A stretch of 64,000 nucleotides of DNA from an uncultured bacterium (GTDB taxonomy: Bacteria > Fidelibacterota > Marinisomatia > Marinisomatales > UBA1611): positions 224,001 to 288,000 of the forward strand of contig CALSPG010000005.1 in the NCBI GenBank assembly GCA_943788175.1, read 5' to 3'. Below the pieces are notes generated by a model. That model saw only the letters and a list, made by a program, of their open reading frames with translations, was not told where the DNA came from and searched no databases. The translations under genes were made by a program, and so were the position numbers. Shown here piece after piece: positions 23,013-34,052 of this stretch. Every line of letters begins with the position of its first letter. Within the stretch, counting starts at the first letter, position 1.

Positions 23013-23890
23013 AAAATATTACACTTCTTGTTATGGCTGCTGGTATGGGCTCAAGATATGGAGGGCTTAAACAACTTGATGAGGTTGGGCCTAACGGAGA
23101 GACAATTATTGATTTCTCCGTTTTTGATGCAATACACGCTGGGTTTAGTAAAGTCGTTTTTATTATCAGAGAAGATTTTAAGGATCAATTTAAAGAAAAA
23201 GTCTCAAATAAATATGCCAATATGATTGAAGTCGAAATTGTATATCAAGACCTGAAAGATTTACCTTCTGGATATAGTAGCCCTGAAAAAAGATCAAAAC
23301 CTTGGGGTACGGGACATGCTATCTTATCTGCTAGGAATGCTATAACTGGCCCTTTTGCTGCAATTAACGGAGATGATTTTTATGGCAAGGATTCCTTTAA
23401 AATTATTGCAGATTATTATTCTAGCGAAGGGAATCAATTTACAATGGCAGCCTTTCAGCTGGATAAAACTTTATCAGACCATGGGTCAGTATCGCGTGGA
23501 ATTTGTGAACAGAAGCTAGATGAATTAATTACAGTAATTGAAACCCATGATATAAAGAGAGCTCGAGATAAAATAACGTGTGACCGTGATATTAATCTGT
23601 CCGGGAAGGAATTGGTTAGTATGAATATGTGGGGATTTACACCATTAATATTTAGTCATTTAGAAAGTATGTTCAGCAAATTCTTAAATGACAATATCCA
23701 TGATTTAAAGAGTGAGTTTTTGATTCCTTCCGTTGTCAATGCTTTGATAAAAAAGAAAATTGAAGTTGTTAATGTTTTGAAAACTAATTCTAAGTGGTTT
23801 GGTGTTACGTATATTGAGGACAAACCTTTTGTGAAAACTCAAATCAAAAATTTGGTAGAAAAAGATGAATATCCAAAAAAATTATTTTAA
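23009..23890 (+). CDS. Sugar-phosphate nucleotidyltransferase
   Basis: MAAGMGSRYGGLKQ, KPWGTGHA, INGDDFYG. Confidence 0.85.
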   Translation: MKNITLLVMAAGMGSRYGGLKQLDEVGPNGETIIDFSVFDAIHAGFSKVVFIIREDFKDQFKEKVSNKYANMIEVEIVYQDLKDLPSGYSSPEKRSKPWGTGHAILSARNAITGPFAAINGDDFYGKDSFKIIADYYSSEGNQFTMAAFQLDKTLSDHGSVSRGICEQKLDELITVIETHDIKRARDKITCDRDINLSGKELVSMNMWGFTPLIFSHLESMFSKFLNDNIHDLKSEFLIPSVVNALIKKKIEVVNVLKTNSKWFGVTYIEDKPFVKTQIKNLVEKDEYPKKLF

Positions 23891-23908
23891 AATAGTAAGA
23901 TAAGTAAT

Positions 23909-24226
23909 ATGGCTGAAAATAATAGTTTTAAAAAAATTGCATTAAAAGAAGCAAAAAGTCTAATTAAAGATGAAGATCTTTTATTATTTGATATCAGAGA
24001 TAAAAACTCTTTTGATCAATCCCACATTAAAAATGCTATAAATTTGAACAATCATAATATCGACGATATAGTTAAAAAAACTGAGCATAAAAAAAGCATC
24101 CTTATTTACTGCTATAAAGGAATAAGTAGTCAAAATGTAGCTCAACATTTTTGTAATCTTGGGTTTGAGAATGTTTATAGTCTTGATGGTGGTTATGAGA
24201 GTTTTTTTGAAGACGAGAAGCGATAA
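23909..24226 (+). CDS. glpE: Single-domain rhodanese (GlpE-like sulfurtransferase)
   Basis: DIR..SF...HI..A, CYKGISS active loop, YSLDGG. Confidence 0.8.
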   Translation: MAENNSFKKIALKEAKSLIKDEDLLLFDIRDKNSFDQSHIKNAINLNNHNIDDIVKKTEHKKSILIYCYKGISSQNVAQHFCNLGFENVYSLDGGYESFFEDEKR

Positions 24227-24237
24227 CTTTATTTTTA

Positions 24238-25176
24238 ATGTTATCGGTTAAGGATCATGAAATAAGGTCACTCGTTTCGATGAGCGATGTTATTAATTGT
24301 ATGGAGCAGAGTTTTTCAGATTTCTATGATGGCCTTTTTACAATGCCTCAACGTTCTACAATGGAAGTTGAGGGGGGTACAGTTTTATCCATGCCTTGTT
24401 ACAGAAAAAAGGGCAAGTACTTTACAATAAAAGTTGTTTCTGTTTTTCAATCGTTAACAAAAATCCAATCTAAAATGATTCAATCATCAATATTTATCTT
24501 TAATTCACAGGATGGTAGCTTAAAAGCATGCTTCGATGGTGATGAAATTACAGCAATGAGAACTGGCGCAGCCTCTGGAGTAGCTACGAAGTTTTTTGCT
24601 GCTCCAAAAAGTAAGTCTCTTGCAATTTTTGGAACAGGGGCTCAAGCTTTTACTCAAGTTGAAGCAATGATGTGTGTAAGACCAATCGGAAAAATCTTTG
24701 TTTTTAGTAAAAACTTAAAGTCATCAAAAACTTTTTCAAATTCTGTATCAGAAATTTTAACAGTTAATGCAACTCCGGGGATACTTAAAAACCTGAAAGA
24801 AGTAGATATTATTTGCACTGCAACACCTTCAAAAAAAGAATTATTCAATCTAAGTAACTTAAGAGAAGGCGTTCATATCAATGCAATCGGCTCATTCAAG
24901 TCAGATATGATAGAAATTTCAAGTGATATTATCAAAAATTCAAAAATAATTGTTGATTCAGTAATATCTTCTAAAAAAGAGGCAGGAGATTTAATTCAAG
25001 CTGAGAAAAATTCTAGCTGGGAGTATGAAAATATTTTTGCGGAGCTTGGCAGCATTACTAAAAACAAAAAATACCATAAAGAGTACATTGAACAAAACTC
25101 GCTTTTTAAATCTGTAGGTTTAGGTTTTCAAGATTTGGCGTTAACTGAACTACTTTTAAAAAGAATAGATAAATGA
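24238..25176 (+). CDS. Ornithine cyclodeaminase/mu-crystallin family (candidate delta1-pyrroline-2-carboxylate reductase)
   Basis: ITAMRTGAASG, GTGAQA, HINAIGS, FKSVG. Confidence 0.85.
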   Translation: MLSVKDHEIRSLVSMSDVINCMEQSFSDFYDGLFTMPQRSTMEVEGGTVLSMPCYRKKGKYFTIKVVSVFQSLTKIQSKMIQSSIFIFNSQDGSLKACFDGDEITAMRTGAASGVATKFFAAPKSKSLAIFGTGAQAFTQVEAMMCVRPIGKIFVFSKNLKSSKTFSNSVSEILTVNATPGILKNLKEVDIICTATPSKKELFNLSNLREGVHINAIGSFKSDMIEISSDIIKNSKIIVDSVISSKKEAGDLIQAEKNSSWEYENIFAELGSITKNKKYHKEYIEQNSLFKSVGLGFQDLALTELLLKRIDK

Positions 25177-25195
25177 TTATTGCTCGCTCTTAATT

Positions 25196-26026
25196 ATGAA
25201 CATATCTGTAATAATTCCGACCCATAATAGAATTCTTTTTTTAAAGAGATCTATTGATTCTGTTTTAGCTCAAATTCTGCAACCTTACGAAATTATTATT
25301 GTCGATGATGGGTCTTCTGACGGGACATCGGCAATGATAAAAAAAAACTATCCAAATCTCAAATTAATTTATCAAGAAAACAAAGGCGTCAGTGCAGCTA
25401 GAAACATCGGGGTTAAAGCTTCTTCTGGTGATTGGGTTTGTTTTTTAGACTCTGATGACGAATGGAAAAAAAATAAATTAAGTGAGCAGCATATGGCACT
25501 TGAAAAAAATGCTACTTACTCATTTTGCCATTCAAATGAAGAATGGATAAAAAATGGCAAAAAAATTAATCAAAAGAAAAAACATAAAAAGTACGGTGGA
25601 AATATTTTTAAACAGTGTCTTGATATGTGTAGGATTTCTCCTTCTTCTGTTATGATAAATAAAAACGTATTTAAGGATATTGGTCTATTCAATGAAAATC
25701 TTATTATTTGTGAGGATTATGAATTATGGCTAAGAATTTGCTCTCATTATAAAGTCTTATTTATTGACGAACCTCTGATTATAAAGTATGGCGGGCATGA
25801 AGACCAGCTTTCTAGTTCATATGAACCTATTGAGTATTATAGAATTAAGGCTTTAGAATATTTATTATTGACAAAAATGACAGATAATAATAAAAAGGAA
25901 GCGGTAAAAATGTTGCTTTTTAAACTCAATATTTATTTAAATGGTCTTAAAAAAAGGGATAAAAAATCGGATATTATTAAATATGATAAAAAAATAAAGC
26001 TTTGGAATAAGGTTATGTTTGAGTAG
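25196..26026 (+). CDS. GT2 glycosyltransferase
   Basis: ISVIIPTHNR, VDDGSSD, GVSAARN, FLDSDD, EDYELWLR. Confidence 0.9.
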   Translation: MNISVIIPTHNRILFLKRSIDSVLAQILQPYEIIIVDDGSSDGTSAMIKKNYPNLKLIYQENKGVSAARNIGVKASSGDWVCFLDSDDEWKKNKLSEQHMALEKNATYSFCHSNEEWIKNGKKINQKKKHKKYGGNIFKQCLDMCRISPSSVMINKNVFKDIGLFNENLIICEDYELWLRICSHYKVLFIDEPLIIKYGGHEDQLSSSYEPIEYYRIKALEYLLLTKMTDNNKKEAVKMLLFKLNIYLNGLKKRDKKSDIIKYDKKIKLWNKVMFE

Positions 26027-26054
26027 TAAGTTGAGAGTTAACGTATATATTAAT

Positions 26055-29000
26055 ATGATAAAAAATTTCTTAATAATAGTCGTTCTATTTGCATCAAGCA
26101 TACTTTCTGCAAAACAATGGGTTGAAGTCTACTCTGATAGTCCAGTAGAATCATCTTTTTCCTACGAATCAGATGGTTTAGCCTCAACTAGAATTACGTT
26201 TAAACTTTCTGGTTACTTTAAAGATAATTCGAAAAATGGTTTGAAGATTACTTCGCCTGGGTCAGTTTCTCTTCTTGAAAAAGGCGCACCAGATCTTCCA
26301 ATATTTTCCACATCAATTCAGGTGCCAGATTTAGCTGAGATGGAACTTGAAATCATTGAAAGTGATTTTGTTGAAATCAATATAAATGATATTATTCCAT
26401 CTAAAGGTAACGTTACCAGAGATGTTAACATAAGTAGTCTACCTTTTGAAAAAGGATATAGATATGGACAGAATATTTTATACCCAGCAGAAATTTCTTT
26501 CTTAAGGCGTCCTCATATTATTAGGTCAGTAAGGGGGCAAGCAGTCGTTTTTCAGCCTTTTCAATATAATCCTGAGCTAGGCGTTTTACGAATTTATACA
26601 GATATTATAATAGCGATTAAGCAAAATGGTTTAAGCGCTGATAATCCTTTAACGAGGCATCCATCAAAGAAAAGAGGCGTTAAAGAAATGGAAAATATTT
26701 ACAAAAACCATTTCCCTAATTATATGCCGATTAACGATCGGTATACTCCTCTGGATGAAAATGGTTCTATGCTCATAATATGTCATGCTCCATTTATCGA
26801 AGCAATGCAGCCATTTATTGACTGGAAAGTCAAAAAAGGGATTGAAACAACTTTAGTTGATGTTAGCACTTTAGGTGGTGCTGATGACATAAAGGCATTT
26901 GTTGAAGAATATTATTATAACCATGGGATTAATTTTTTACTTCTTGTTGGAGATATAGATCAGATTCCATCACCTCGCTTTTCAGAAGGTGCTGGGTCTA
27001 ATAGTCCTTCAGACACATATTACGGCTTCATACCGACTGAAGATTATTACCCTGATGTATTTGTTGGGAGATTCTCCGCTGAAACTGAGGAGCACGTTAA
27101 CACTATGGTTAATCGAACTATCTCATATGAAAGATATCCTGATACAGAGGATGGTTCTTGGTACGTTGAAGGTGCAGGTTTTGCTTCAAACGAAGGTCCC
27201 GGAGATGATGGTGAATATGATTATGAGCATATGGATATTATCAGGCAAAAACTCCTTGATTACAATTATAATAATGTTGAACAAGTTTACGACCCAAGCG
27301 GGACAGTTGCTGAGGGTGAATTCGCTATTAATGATGGTTTATCTATAATTAATTACACTGGGCATGGCTCCAATGGTTCATGGGGTAATGGTTGCCCAAT
27401 GAACAATACAGATGTAAATAGCTTAACAAACAATGGTATGTGGCCATGGATTTGGTCCGTTGCCTGTGTGAATGGTGAGTTTCACATTGGGACCTGTTTT
27501 GCTGAGACATGGCTTAGAGCAACAGATGTTTCTGGTAATCCCACTGGAGCAATTGCTACCTTAATGTCTACTGTTAACCAAGCTTGGAATCCGCCAATGA
27601 ATGGTCAAGACGAGATGGTAGATATTTTCATTGAATCCTATGAAAATAATATTAAACGTACTTTTGGTGGTTTATCCTACAATGGTTGTATGGAGATGAA
27701 TGATAATTATGGAAGTGAAGGTGAGGCAGAAACTTTATACTGGACAACATTTGGAGATCCTTCTTTCGTTGTTAGATCGAGTTCTCCTGAAGAAATTGTT
27801 GCAACGCATAGTGGGGTAATAATTCTTGGAGGTTCTCAACTTAATGTCCAAACAAATAGTAATGGTTCAGTTGCTGCTTTGAGTAAAAATGGTGTGATAT
27901 TAAGTGTTGCAACAGCAAACGAAGATGGCCTTTGTCAATTAAACCTTGATACACCAATTGATACGCCTGGTACTATAGATTTAGTAGTTACTTCATATAA
28001 TCATGTTCCGTATGAAACTGAAATAAATATAATTGCGCCAGAAGGATCTTATATGCTGTTGAATCATTTTTCTCTCTCATCAGAAAATAGTGAAACAGTT
28101 GACTTTTCTCAGCCAGGGTTTTTATCCGTTTCCTTAGAAAATGTTGGGACTGAAAGTTCTGGCCCAGTTTATGTTTCAGTAACCCCGCAAACAAATAACG
28201 TAAATATTTTAACTGCTCCGATGTACTCTGATTCTGTTTTTGCCGGAGATTTAGTTGAAGTAGGTCCGTTTGAATTTGATGTTTTTATTAATTCACTGAA
28301 CCAAGATGAAGTATTGCTTAATTTGGTCTTAGTGGATGGTATCAACTCGTGGCAGTATCCGATATCATTAAGAGTAAACGCTCCAGCATATAATATTGTT
28401 TCTTCCGCTATTTTTGATGGTGGCAATAACGCTCTAGACCCAGGAGAAAATGTCACTATGAGAATAGTAGTTGAGAATAGTGGGAGTGCTCCGTTGAACT
28501 ATCCAACTTTTGATATTTTTGAGAATGATAATCATATTATAATTGAAGAACTTAGTGCAGACAATGCTTACTATTGGGATGTTGGTTCTTCGGTTGTCTT
28601 AAATGCTGTGGTTTCAATTTCTGAGGATGCTCCTATTGGGCACACTGCAATTGCGTGGATTGATATAGGAAGTCTAAATACTAATTATGAATCCATGATT
28701 TCAATGCCACTAAACATTGGCATGTTGATGGATAATTTTGAAACGGAAGACTTCTCAAACCATGATTGGAACTTCGATGGTCAGAGTGAATGGTTCATTC
28801 AAAGTGAACAAGTGTTTGATGGCAATTATGCTGTCAGAAGTGGTTCTATTACGAATAACCAATTCTCAGAATTATCCGTTGAGTATAATGTGTTAAATCA
28901 AGGTTATATTAAGTTTAATGCAAAAGTTTCTAGTGAGCAAGGCAGCTCTGGTACTATCTATGATTATCTGAGTTTTTATATAGATGATGAACAGTTAGTC

Positions 29001-29351
29001 TTCGTCGGTGGCGAGTCCGATTGGACTGAATATTCGTATTTAGTCAATCCGGGGCAACACATTTTTAAATGGGTCTATGAGAAAGACAATGCAGGATTAT
29101 CTGGAGACGACTGTGCCTGGATTGACAATGTTATTTTCCCGCCTGGGTCTATACCTCCTTTAAACATTGATTTTGGAGATTTAAATCAAGATGAAAATAT
29201 TAATGTTCTTGATGTTGTTTTGACCGTTTCATCTGTTTTAGGATACGGAGTACTAAGCGAAGATCAGAAATTAGCAGCCGATATTAATATGGATGGTGTA
29301 GTAAATATTGTAGATGTTACGCTGATCATTGATATGTTGTTTGCTAATTAA
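26055..29351 (+). CDS. Secreted C25 (gingipain-like) cysteine peptidase with propeptide and C-terminal dockerin-like domain
   Basis: Signal peptide; LLVGD, VGRFS, NYTGHG (His), SVAC (Cys), FGDPS; terminal GDLNQDENINVLD...ADINMDGVVNIVD. Confidence 0.85.
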   Translation: MIKNFLIIVVLFASSILSAKQWVEVYSDSPVESSFSYESDGLASTRITFKLSGYFKDNSKNGLKITSPGSVSLLEKGAPDLPIFSTSIQVPDLAEMELEIIESDFVEININDIIPSKGNVTRDVNISSLPFEKGYRYGQNILYPAEISFLRRPHIIRSVRGQAVVFQPFQYNPELGVLRIYTDIIIAIKQNGLSADNPLTRHPSKKRGVKEMENIYKNHFPNYMPINDRYTPLDENGSMLIICHAPFIEAMQPFIDWKVKKGIETTLVDVSTLGGADDIKAFVEEYYYNHGINFLLLVGDIDQIPSPRFSEGAGSNSPSDTYYGFIPTEDYYPDVFVGRFSAETEEHVNTMVNRTISYERYPDTEDGSWYVEGAGFASNEGPGDDGEYDYEHMDIIRQKLLDYNYNNVEQVYDPSGTVAEGEFAINDGLSIINYTGHGSNGSWGNGCPMNNTDVNSLTNNGMWPWIWSVACVNGEFHIGTCFAETWLRATDVSGNPTGAIATLMSTVNQAWNPPMNGQDEMVDIFIESYENNIKRTFGGLSYNGCMEMNDNYGSEGEAETLYWTTFGDPSFVVRSSSPEEIVATHSGVIILGGSQLNVQTNSNGSVAALSKNGVILSVATANEDGLCQLNLDTPIDTPGTIDLVVTSYNHVPYETEINIIAPEGSYMLLNHFSLSSENSETVDFSQPGFLSVSLENVGTESSGPVYVSVTPQTNNVNILTAPMYSDSVFAGDLVEVGPFEFDVFINSLNQDEVLLNLVLVDGINSWQYPISLRVNAPAYNIVSSAIFDGGNNALDPGENVTMRIVVENSGSAPLNYPTFDIFENDNHIIIEELSADNAYYWDVGSSVVLNAVVSISEDAPIGHTAIAWIDIGSLNTNYESMISMPLNIGMLMDNFETEDFSNHDWNFDGQSEWFIQSEQVFDGNYAVRSGSITNNQFSELSVEYNVLNQGYIKFNAKVSSEQGSSGTIYDYLSFYIDDEQLVFVGGESDWTEYSYLVNPGQHIFKWVYEKDNAGLSGDDCAWIDNVIFPPGSIPPLNIDFGDLNQDENINVLDVVLTVSSVLGYGVLSEDQKLAADINMDGVVNIVDVTLIIDMLFAN

Positions 29352-29424
29352 TTAGCATAACCTATACTATTTAATTTAAATGTCATTTAGCTAAGCTAGC
29401 TGCCTGAGTCCTCTCTTTTTTCTA

Positions 29425-31628
29425 ATGAAATTTTTTTCCACAATTCTAGATCACCCCAAAAAAGTAATTTTCTTTCATTATCATAATCACTTTTATGATG
29501 AGTTATTCTATTCTCAACCTATCATACGATTTTACCATTGAGCAGCTTTTTGCAAAAAACAAACAAGAGACCGAACAATATTTTGAATTTCAAAAAGAAT
29601 TTTCAAGAGAAGATAACGTTTTTTTATTGGTTCATAAAAATGCATCGGATTTTAATCCTCAGTTTTTGGACTCTCTTGAAAATTTAGTAATTCAAATTAA
29701 AGATAGTCCTTACTTTTTAGATGCAATTTCATTAATAGACATAAAAAGTAATTTTTATGATGACGAAAAGAGAAAAGAATCCAATCAGATTTCGTCAAGA
29801 TTATTAAATATGCTTTCTTCAGACTCTACGTATGGTGCAATCTGGCTAAAGTTAAAAGATAGCTCACAATACTTTTGATAAACGATCAATCGTTATCAAA
29901 TTTTTAAAAACAATCACCAAAAAATATGATTGGGATTGGACATTCTCAGGACTACCGATTGTTCGTAATACATATGTTGATTATATGATTCAGGATAATA
30001 TAAAATTTATTCCCCCGGTTGGGCTTATTTTAATAATAGCATTAGCCTTTTTATTTCGGAGGTGGGTATATGTTGTGCTCCCATTAATAACCGTATTAAT
30101 AACCGCTATTTGGATTCTTGGGATTATGTCGATTAGTGGCAAGGGATTAAATGTAATGACTTACATGGTTCCAACTTTATTATTTATTATTGGGGTTAGT
30201 GATTCAATACATTTTCTTTCCAGATTCAACATTTACTTTGATAAAGGAATTGAGTTGAAAAAATCTTTGCGCCTATCAATGGATGACATGGGGATTGCTT
30301 TATTTCTAACTAGTTTGACAACAGCAATAGGGTTCTTGGCCTTGTTATATTCATCAATTGCAATAGTGCAAGAATTTGGAGTCTTTATTGCAAGTGGTGT
30401 TTTCATTGCTTATTTATTGACATTGACTTTTATCCCAAGTATGATGATGATTTTAAAGAGCAGTATAAAGAGTGCGGATAAATCAGAAGAAACTAAAAGA
30501 TTTAAATTATTGAAAAAGTTTTCGACGATTGTAAAGAATAGACCAAAACAAGTTGTGGCATTTTCTTTAATGCTTACAACTTTATTTTTAGGTGGCGCCC
30601 TAAAGGTAAATACCGGTAGTTCTTTATTGTCTGATTTGCATCCTCAAAGTTCACTATACATAGATTTAAAAAATGTTGAAAATTGGTTTGGTGGTATTTT
30701 GCCAATGGAAATTATCATTTCAAAGAACGACTCTGTAGAGAAACCCATGCATGATAAAGATATAATGCGTCATGTGAAAAACCTTCAAAATAAGCTAACA
30801 AATATGTTCCCGAAATCCAATTGGATATCTATGCAGAGAGTTTTAGAAGAAGTTTTATATGAGATGAATCCAACATTAGACTTTCCACCAGATCAAGAGA
30901 CTTTAGATCAATTATATATGATTACACAAGATCAGATAGAAACATTAATTAATTTTGAAGAAAATAAGATTAGAATATCGGGTATGTTACCTGATTTGAA
31001 TTCTGATGAGCTAAAAATTGTTGAAGACACGCTAGAAACATTTATAAAAAATAAATTTCCCAAATGGCTCTCGGTTGTTATAACGGGGACTATGCCAGTG
31101 GCTTTAAATACAAATAATTATCTAGTTTTAGATCTTTTTAGCGGTTTTGGATTGGCATTTATTTTTATAAGTATCATAATGAGCTTGTTGTTTTTATCGT
31201 TTCGTATTGGTTTGATAAGTATGCTGCCAAACTTAATACCCATAATTTTTGCGGCTGGTTATCTTGGTTTTATGGGCATACCAATAAGGCCACCAATCGC
31301 CATAACTTTTTCGATTTGCTTGGGTATTGCTGTTGATGACTCATTGCATTTCCTCTTTAGGTTTTGGCAGGAGCGTAAAAACAATTCTAATTTAGAAACA
31401 GCGATATCAAACACTATTGAAACAACGGGTCTGGCAATGCTGACTTCTACAATTGTGCTTGTATCAGGATTCTTAGTTATAACTGTATCTAATTTTATAC
31501 CGACTTCTCAATTTGGAGTTATATCTGCGATTACTTTAACTGTTGCTTTTATTACTGATGTAACTCTTTTGCCTTCACTATTATATTTGTTCCCTATCAA
31601 ATCATCGAAAAAAAATAACAATGATTAG
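29425..31628 (+). CDS. MMPL/RND-family lipid exporter; two +1 frameshifts (~29470, ~29862)
   Basis: IGVSDSIHF, TSLTTAIGF, GIAVDDSLHF. Upstream pieces MKFFSTILDHPKKV and HNTFDKR...FSGLPIVRNTYVDY join after one-base deletions. Confidence 0.8.
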
Positions 31629-32613
31629 GTGGCTCAAAGGGCTATATCATCCCGAAGCTTTTCATGGGGTACGGTCGCGTTCGCCATATTTTGAAGGTTG
31701 GTATCATAAAATTGTTTCAAAAGATAAAAGGTCCATTGTTATTATACCTGGCATGTACAGGAGTGGAGTCGTTAAAAACGAGTTTTCTTTTATTATGGTT
31801 TTTGAAGGTGCTACTGGGCATGTGCATTTTGAGAGGTTTCCCATTTCTGAATTTTCATCAGAAATTGATAAATATGATACTAGGATTGGGAAAAACCACT
31901 TCTTTGAAAATGGAATTGACTTAAATATTAAAACCTCGAATTTCTCATTAAAGGGCTCTATCAATTTTGAAAATCAAAATCCTTGGCCTGTAACATTCAC
32001 AGAACCTGGTTGTATGGGTTGGTATAATTATTTGCCAATTATGGAGTGTTATCATGGAATACTTAGTATGCATCATTCATTATCTGGTAGTCTTTCTTTA
32101 AATAATCAGCAAGTAGATTTTAATGATGGCATTGGTTATACAGAAAAAGATTGGGGAAAAAATTTCCCTCAGAGTTGGGTTTGGGTACAAGCGAATCATT
32201 TTAGAAAAAATAAAATAAGTTTATCTGCTTCTATAGCTAGAATACCATTACTTGGAACACAATTTGCGGGTTTTATTATTGGCCTGTTAATTGAAGATAA
32301 GTTTTATCGATTTACTACATATCATTCTTCAAAGATTAAAAACTTATCATTAAAAGAGGATAAAATAGAATGGGTAGTAAAGCAGAAAGAATTAACTCTT
32401 AAAATTTTTATATCACTTGGGAAAAAAACTGGTCTTCTTTTTGCTCCTGATTCAGAAGACATGATTGAAAAAGTTGAAGAGCATTTAGATTCAAAAGTTA
32501 GGTTTGTATTAGAAAAAAATAGTAAAATTATTTTTGAAGATGACTCCGATTTTGCAGCAAGTGAAGTGGTTGGTGATATTGAAGCTTTGCTTAAATTGGC
32601 TAACGATAACTAA
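31621..32613 (+). CDS. Tocopherol cyclase family protein
   Basis: YFEGWYHK, PGCMGWY, MECYHG, GYTEKDWGKNFP.W.W.Q. Confidence 0.8.
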   Translation: MIRWLKGLYHPEAFHGVRSRSPYFEGWYHKIVSKDKRSIVIIPGMYRSGVVKNEFSFIMVFEGATGHVHFERFPISEFSSEIDKYDTRIGKNHFFENGIDLNIKTSNFSLKGSINFENQNPWPVTFTEPGCMGWYNYLPIMECYHGILSMHHSLSGSLSLNNQQVDFNDGIGYTEKDWGKNFPQSWVWVQANHFRKNKISLSASIARIPLLGTQFAGFIIGLLIEDKFYRFTTYHSSKIKNLSLKEDKIEWVVKQKELTLKIFISLGKKTGLLFAPDSEDMIEKVEEHLDSKVRFVLEKNSKIIFEDDSDFAASEVVGDIEALLKLANDN

Positions 32614-32624
32614 ATTATAAATAT

Positions 32625-33224
32625 ATGAATAAAACAGTAATAATTTTTGTTGTAGTAATTTTAGGATTAATTTGCTTCAACATGGTTTGGGGTTTGTCAA
32701 ACTCAATGCTAGAGACACCTAAATATAAATTAATTAAAAAATCTGGATCTTTTGAAATAAGGCAGTATGACCCGGTGGTAATTGCGAAAACGCAAGTACA
32801 ATCAGCTTATAAAGAAGCTACTTCAACGGGTTTTCGAAGAATCGCAAATTACATTTTTGGCGGGAATGACAAAAATGTTGAAATTGCAATGACTGCCCCA
32901 GTAATAACAGATAGCCCAGAAGATGCGAATGGTTCTTATGAGGTTCTATTCATTATGCCTAGTGCTTATGATACAAATAAGTTGCCAAAGCCAAATAGTC
33001 CGAATGTCGAAATTCTCGAAAGAGAATTGGGTCGGGTAGCTTCGATATCTTTCGGAGGCTGGGCAACGAGTGCAAAAATAAAAACTTACCAGCAAAAGCT
33101 TAGCAAGTGGATATCTAATCAACAGTTGCAAACTCTAGGGAACTTTAAGGTTGCTCAGTATAATTCCCCTTGGGCTTTACCGCCATTTAGACATAATGAA
33201 ATTTTGATTAAGATTGTTCAATGA
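32625..33224 (+). CDS. SOUL heme-binding protein
   Basis: ETPKY, FEIRQY, GFRRIANYIFG, IAMTAPV, YNSPW..PFRHNEI. Confidence 0.9.
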   Translation: MNKTVIIFVVVILGLICFNMVWGLSNSMLETPKYKLIKKSGSFEIRQYDPVVIAKTQVQSAYKEATSTGFRRIANYIFGGNDKNVEIAMTAPVITDSPEDANGSYEVLFIMPSAYDTNKLPKPNSPNVEILERELGRVASISFGGWATSAKIKTYQQKLSKWISNQQLQTLGNFKVAQYNSPWALPPFRHNEILIKIVQ

Positions 33225-34051
33225 TTAGAGAACTTTTGAAAGTTGTTGAAGGTGTTGAAACATCTGATGGCGCTGGAGTAAAGCTGAGAAGAATCATTGG
33301 TGGTCCCGAGTTAAATATGTTTGACCCTTTTTTACTTTTTGATGAATTTGGAAGTGACAACCCAGATGATTACATGGCCGGATTCCCCGCTCACCCGCAC
33401 CGCGGATTTGAAACAGTTACCTATATGTTAAATGGTAAATTTAAACATAAAGATTCTTCTGGGAACGAAGGTATCCTAACTGATGGTTCAGTGCAGTGGA
33501 TGACTGCAGGAAGAGGGGTTATACATAGCGAAATGCCTGAAAAAACAGATGGTTTAGCAAGAGGGTTTCAATTATGGTTAAATCTTCCAAAAAATTTAAA
33601 AATGATAGATCCAGCATATAATGATATTCATCCTGACGATATCCCTTGTGTATTAATTAAGCAAGGTGAAGTAAAAGTAATCTCAGGTATTTTTGATGGT
33701 GTTGAGGGTCCTGGTCGGCCTCATACTGGAATGTTTTACTTCGATATAAAACTTAATGCAGGGGGCTTTATCGAGTTTCCGGTAGATGACCTTTGGAATA
33801 CCTTTATTTATGTTTATTCTGGCAGTGCAAATATTGAAAATAGAAGAGTTTATAAAGGTCAGTTAGGTCTTTTTAAAGACAGTGGAATGATTAAATTTAG
33901 CGCCGAAGATTCATCGAATTTACGATGTGTTGTTATCGGCGGTGAGCCTCTCAATGAGCCGGTGGCAAGAGGGGGTCCATTTGTCATGAATACTAAGGCT
34001 GAAATAATGAAAGCATTTAGTGATTATCAAGAAGGAGTATTAACAAAATAA
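33221..34051 (+). CDS. Pirin family protein
   Basis: DPFLLFDEF, HPHRGFETVTY, QWMTAGRGVIHSE, GPFVMN. Confidence 0.92.
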   Translation: MIRELLKVVEGVETSDGAGVKLRRIIGGPELNMFDPFLLFDEFGSDNPDDYMAGFPAHPHRGFETVTYMLNGKFKHKDSSGNEGILTDGSVQWMTAGRGVIHSEMPEKTDGLARGFQLWLNLPKNLKMIDPAYNDIHPDDIPCVLIKQGEVKVISGIFDGVEGPGRPHTGMFYFDIKLNAGGFIEFPVDDLWNTFIYVYSGSANIENRRVYKGQLGLFKDSGMIKFSAEDSSNLRCVVIGGEPLNEPVARGGPFVMNTKAEIMKAFSDYQEGVLTK

Positions 34052-34052
34052 T

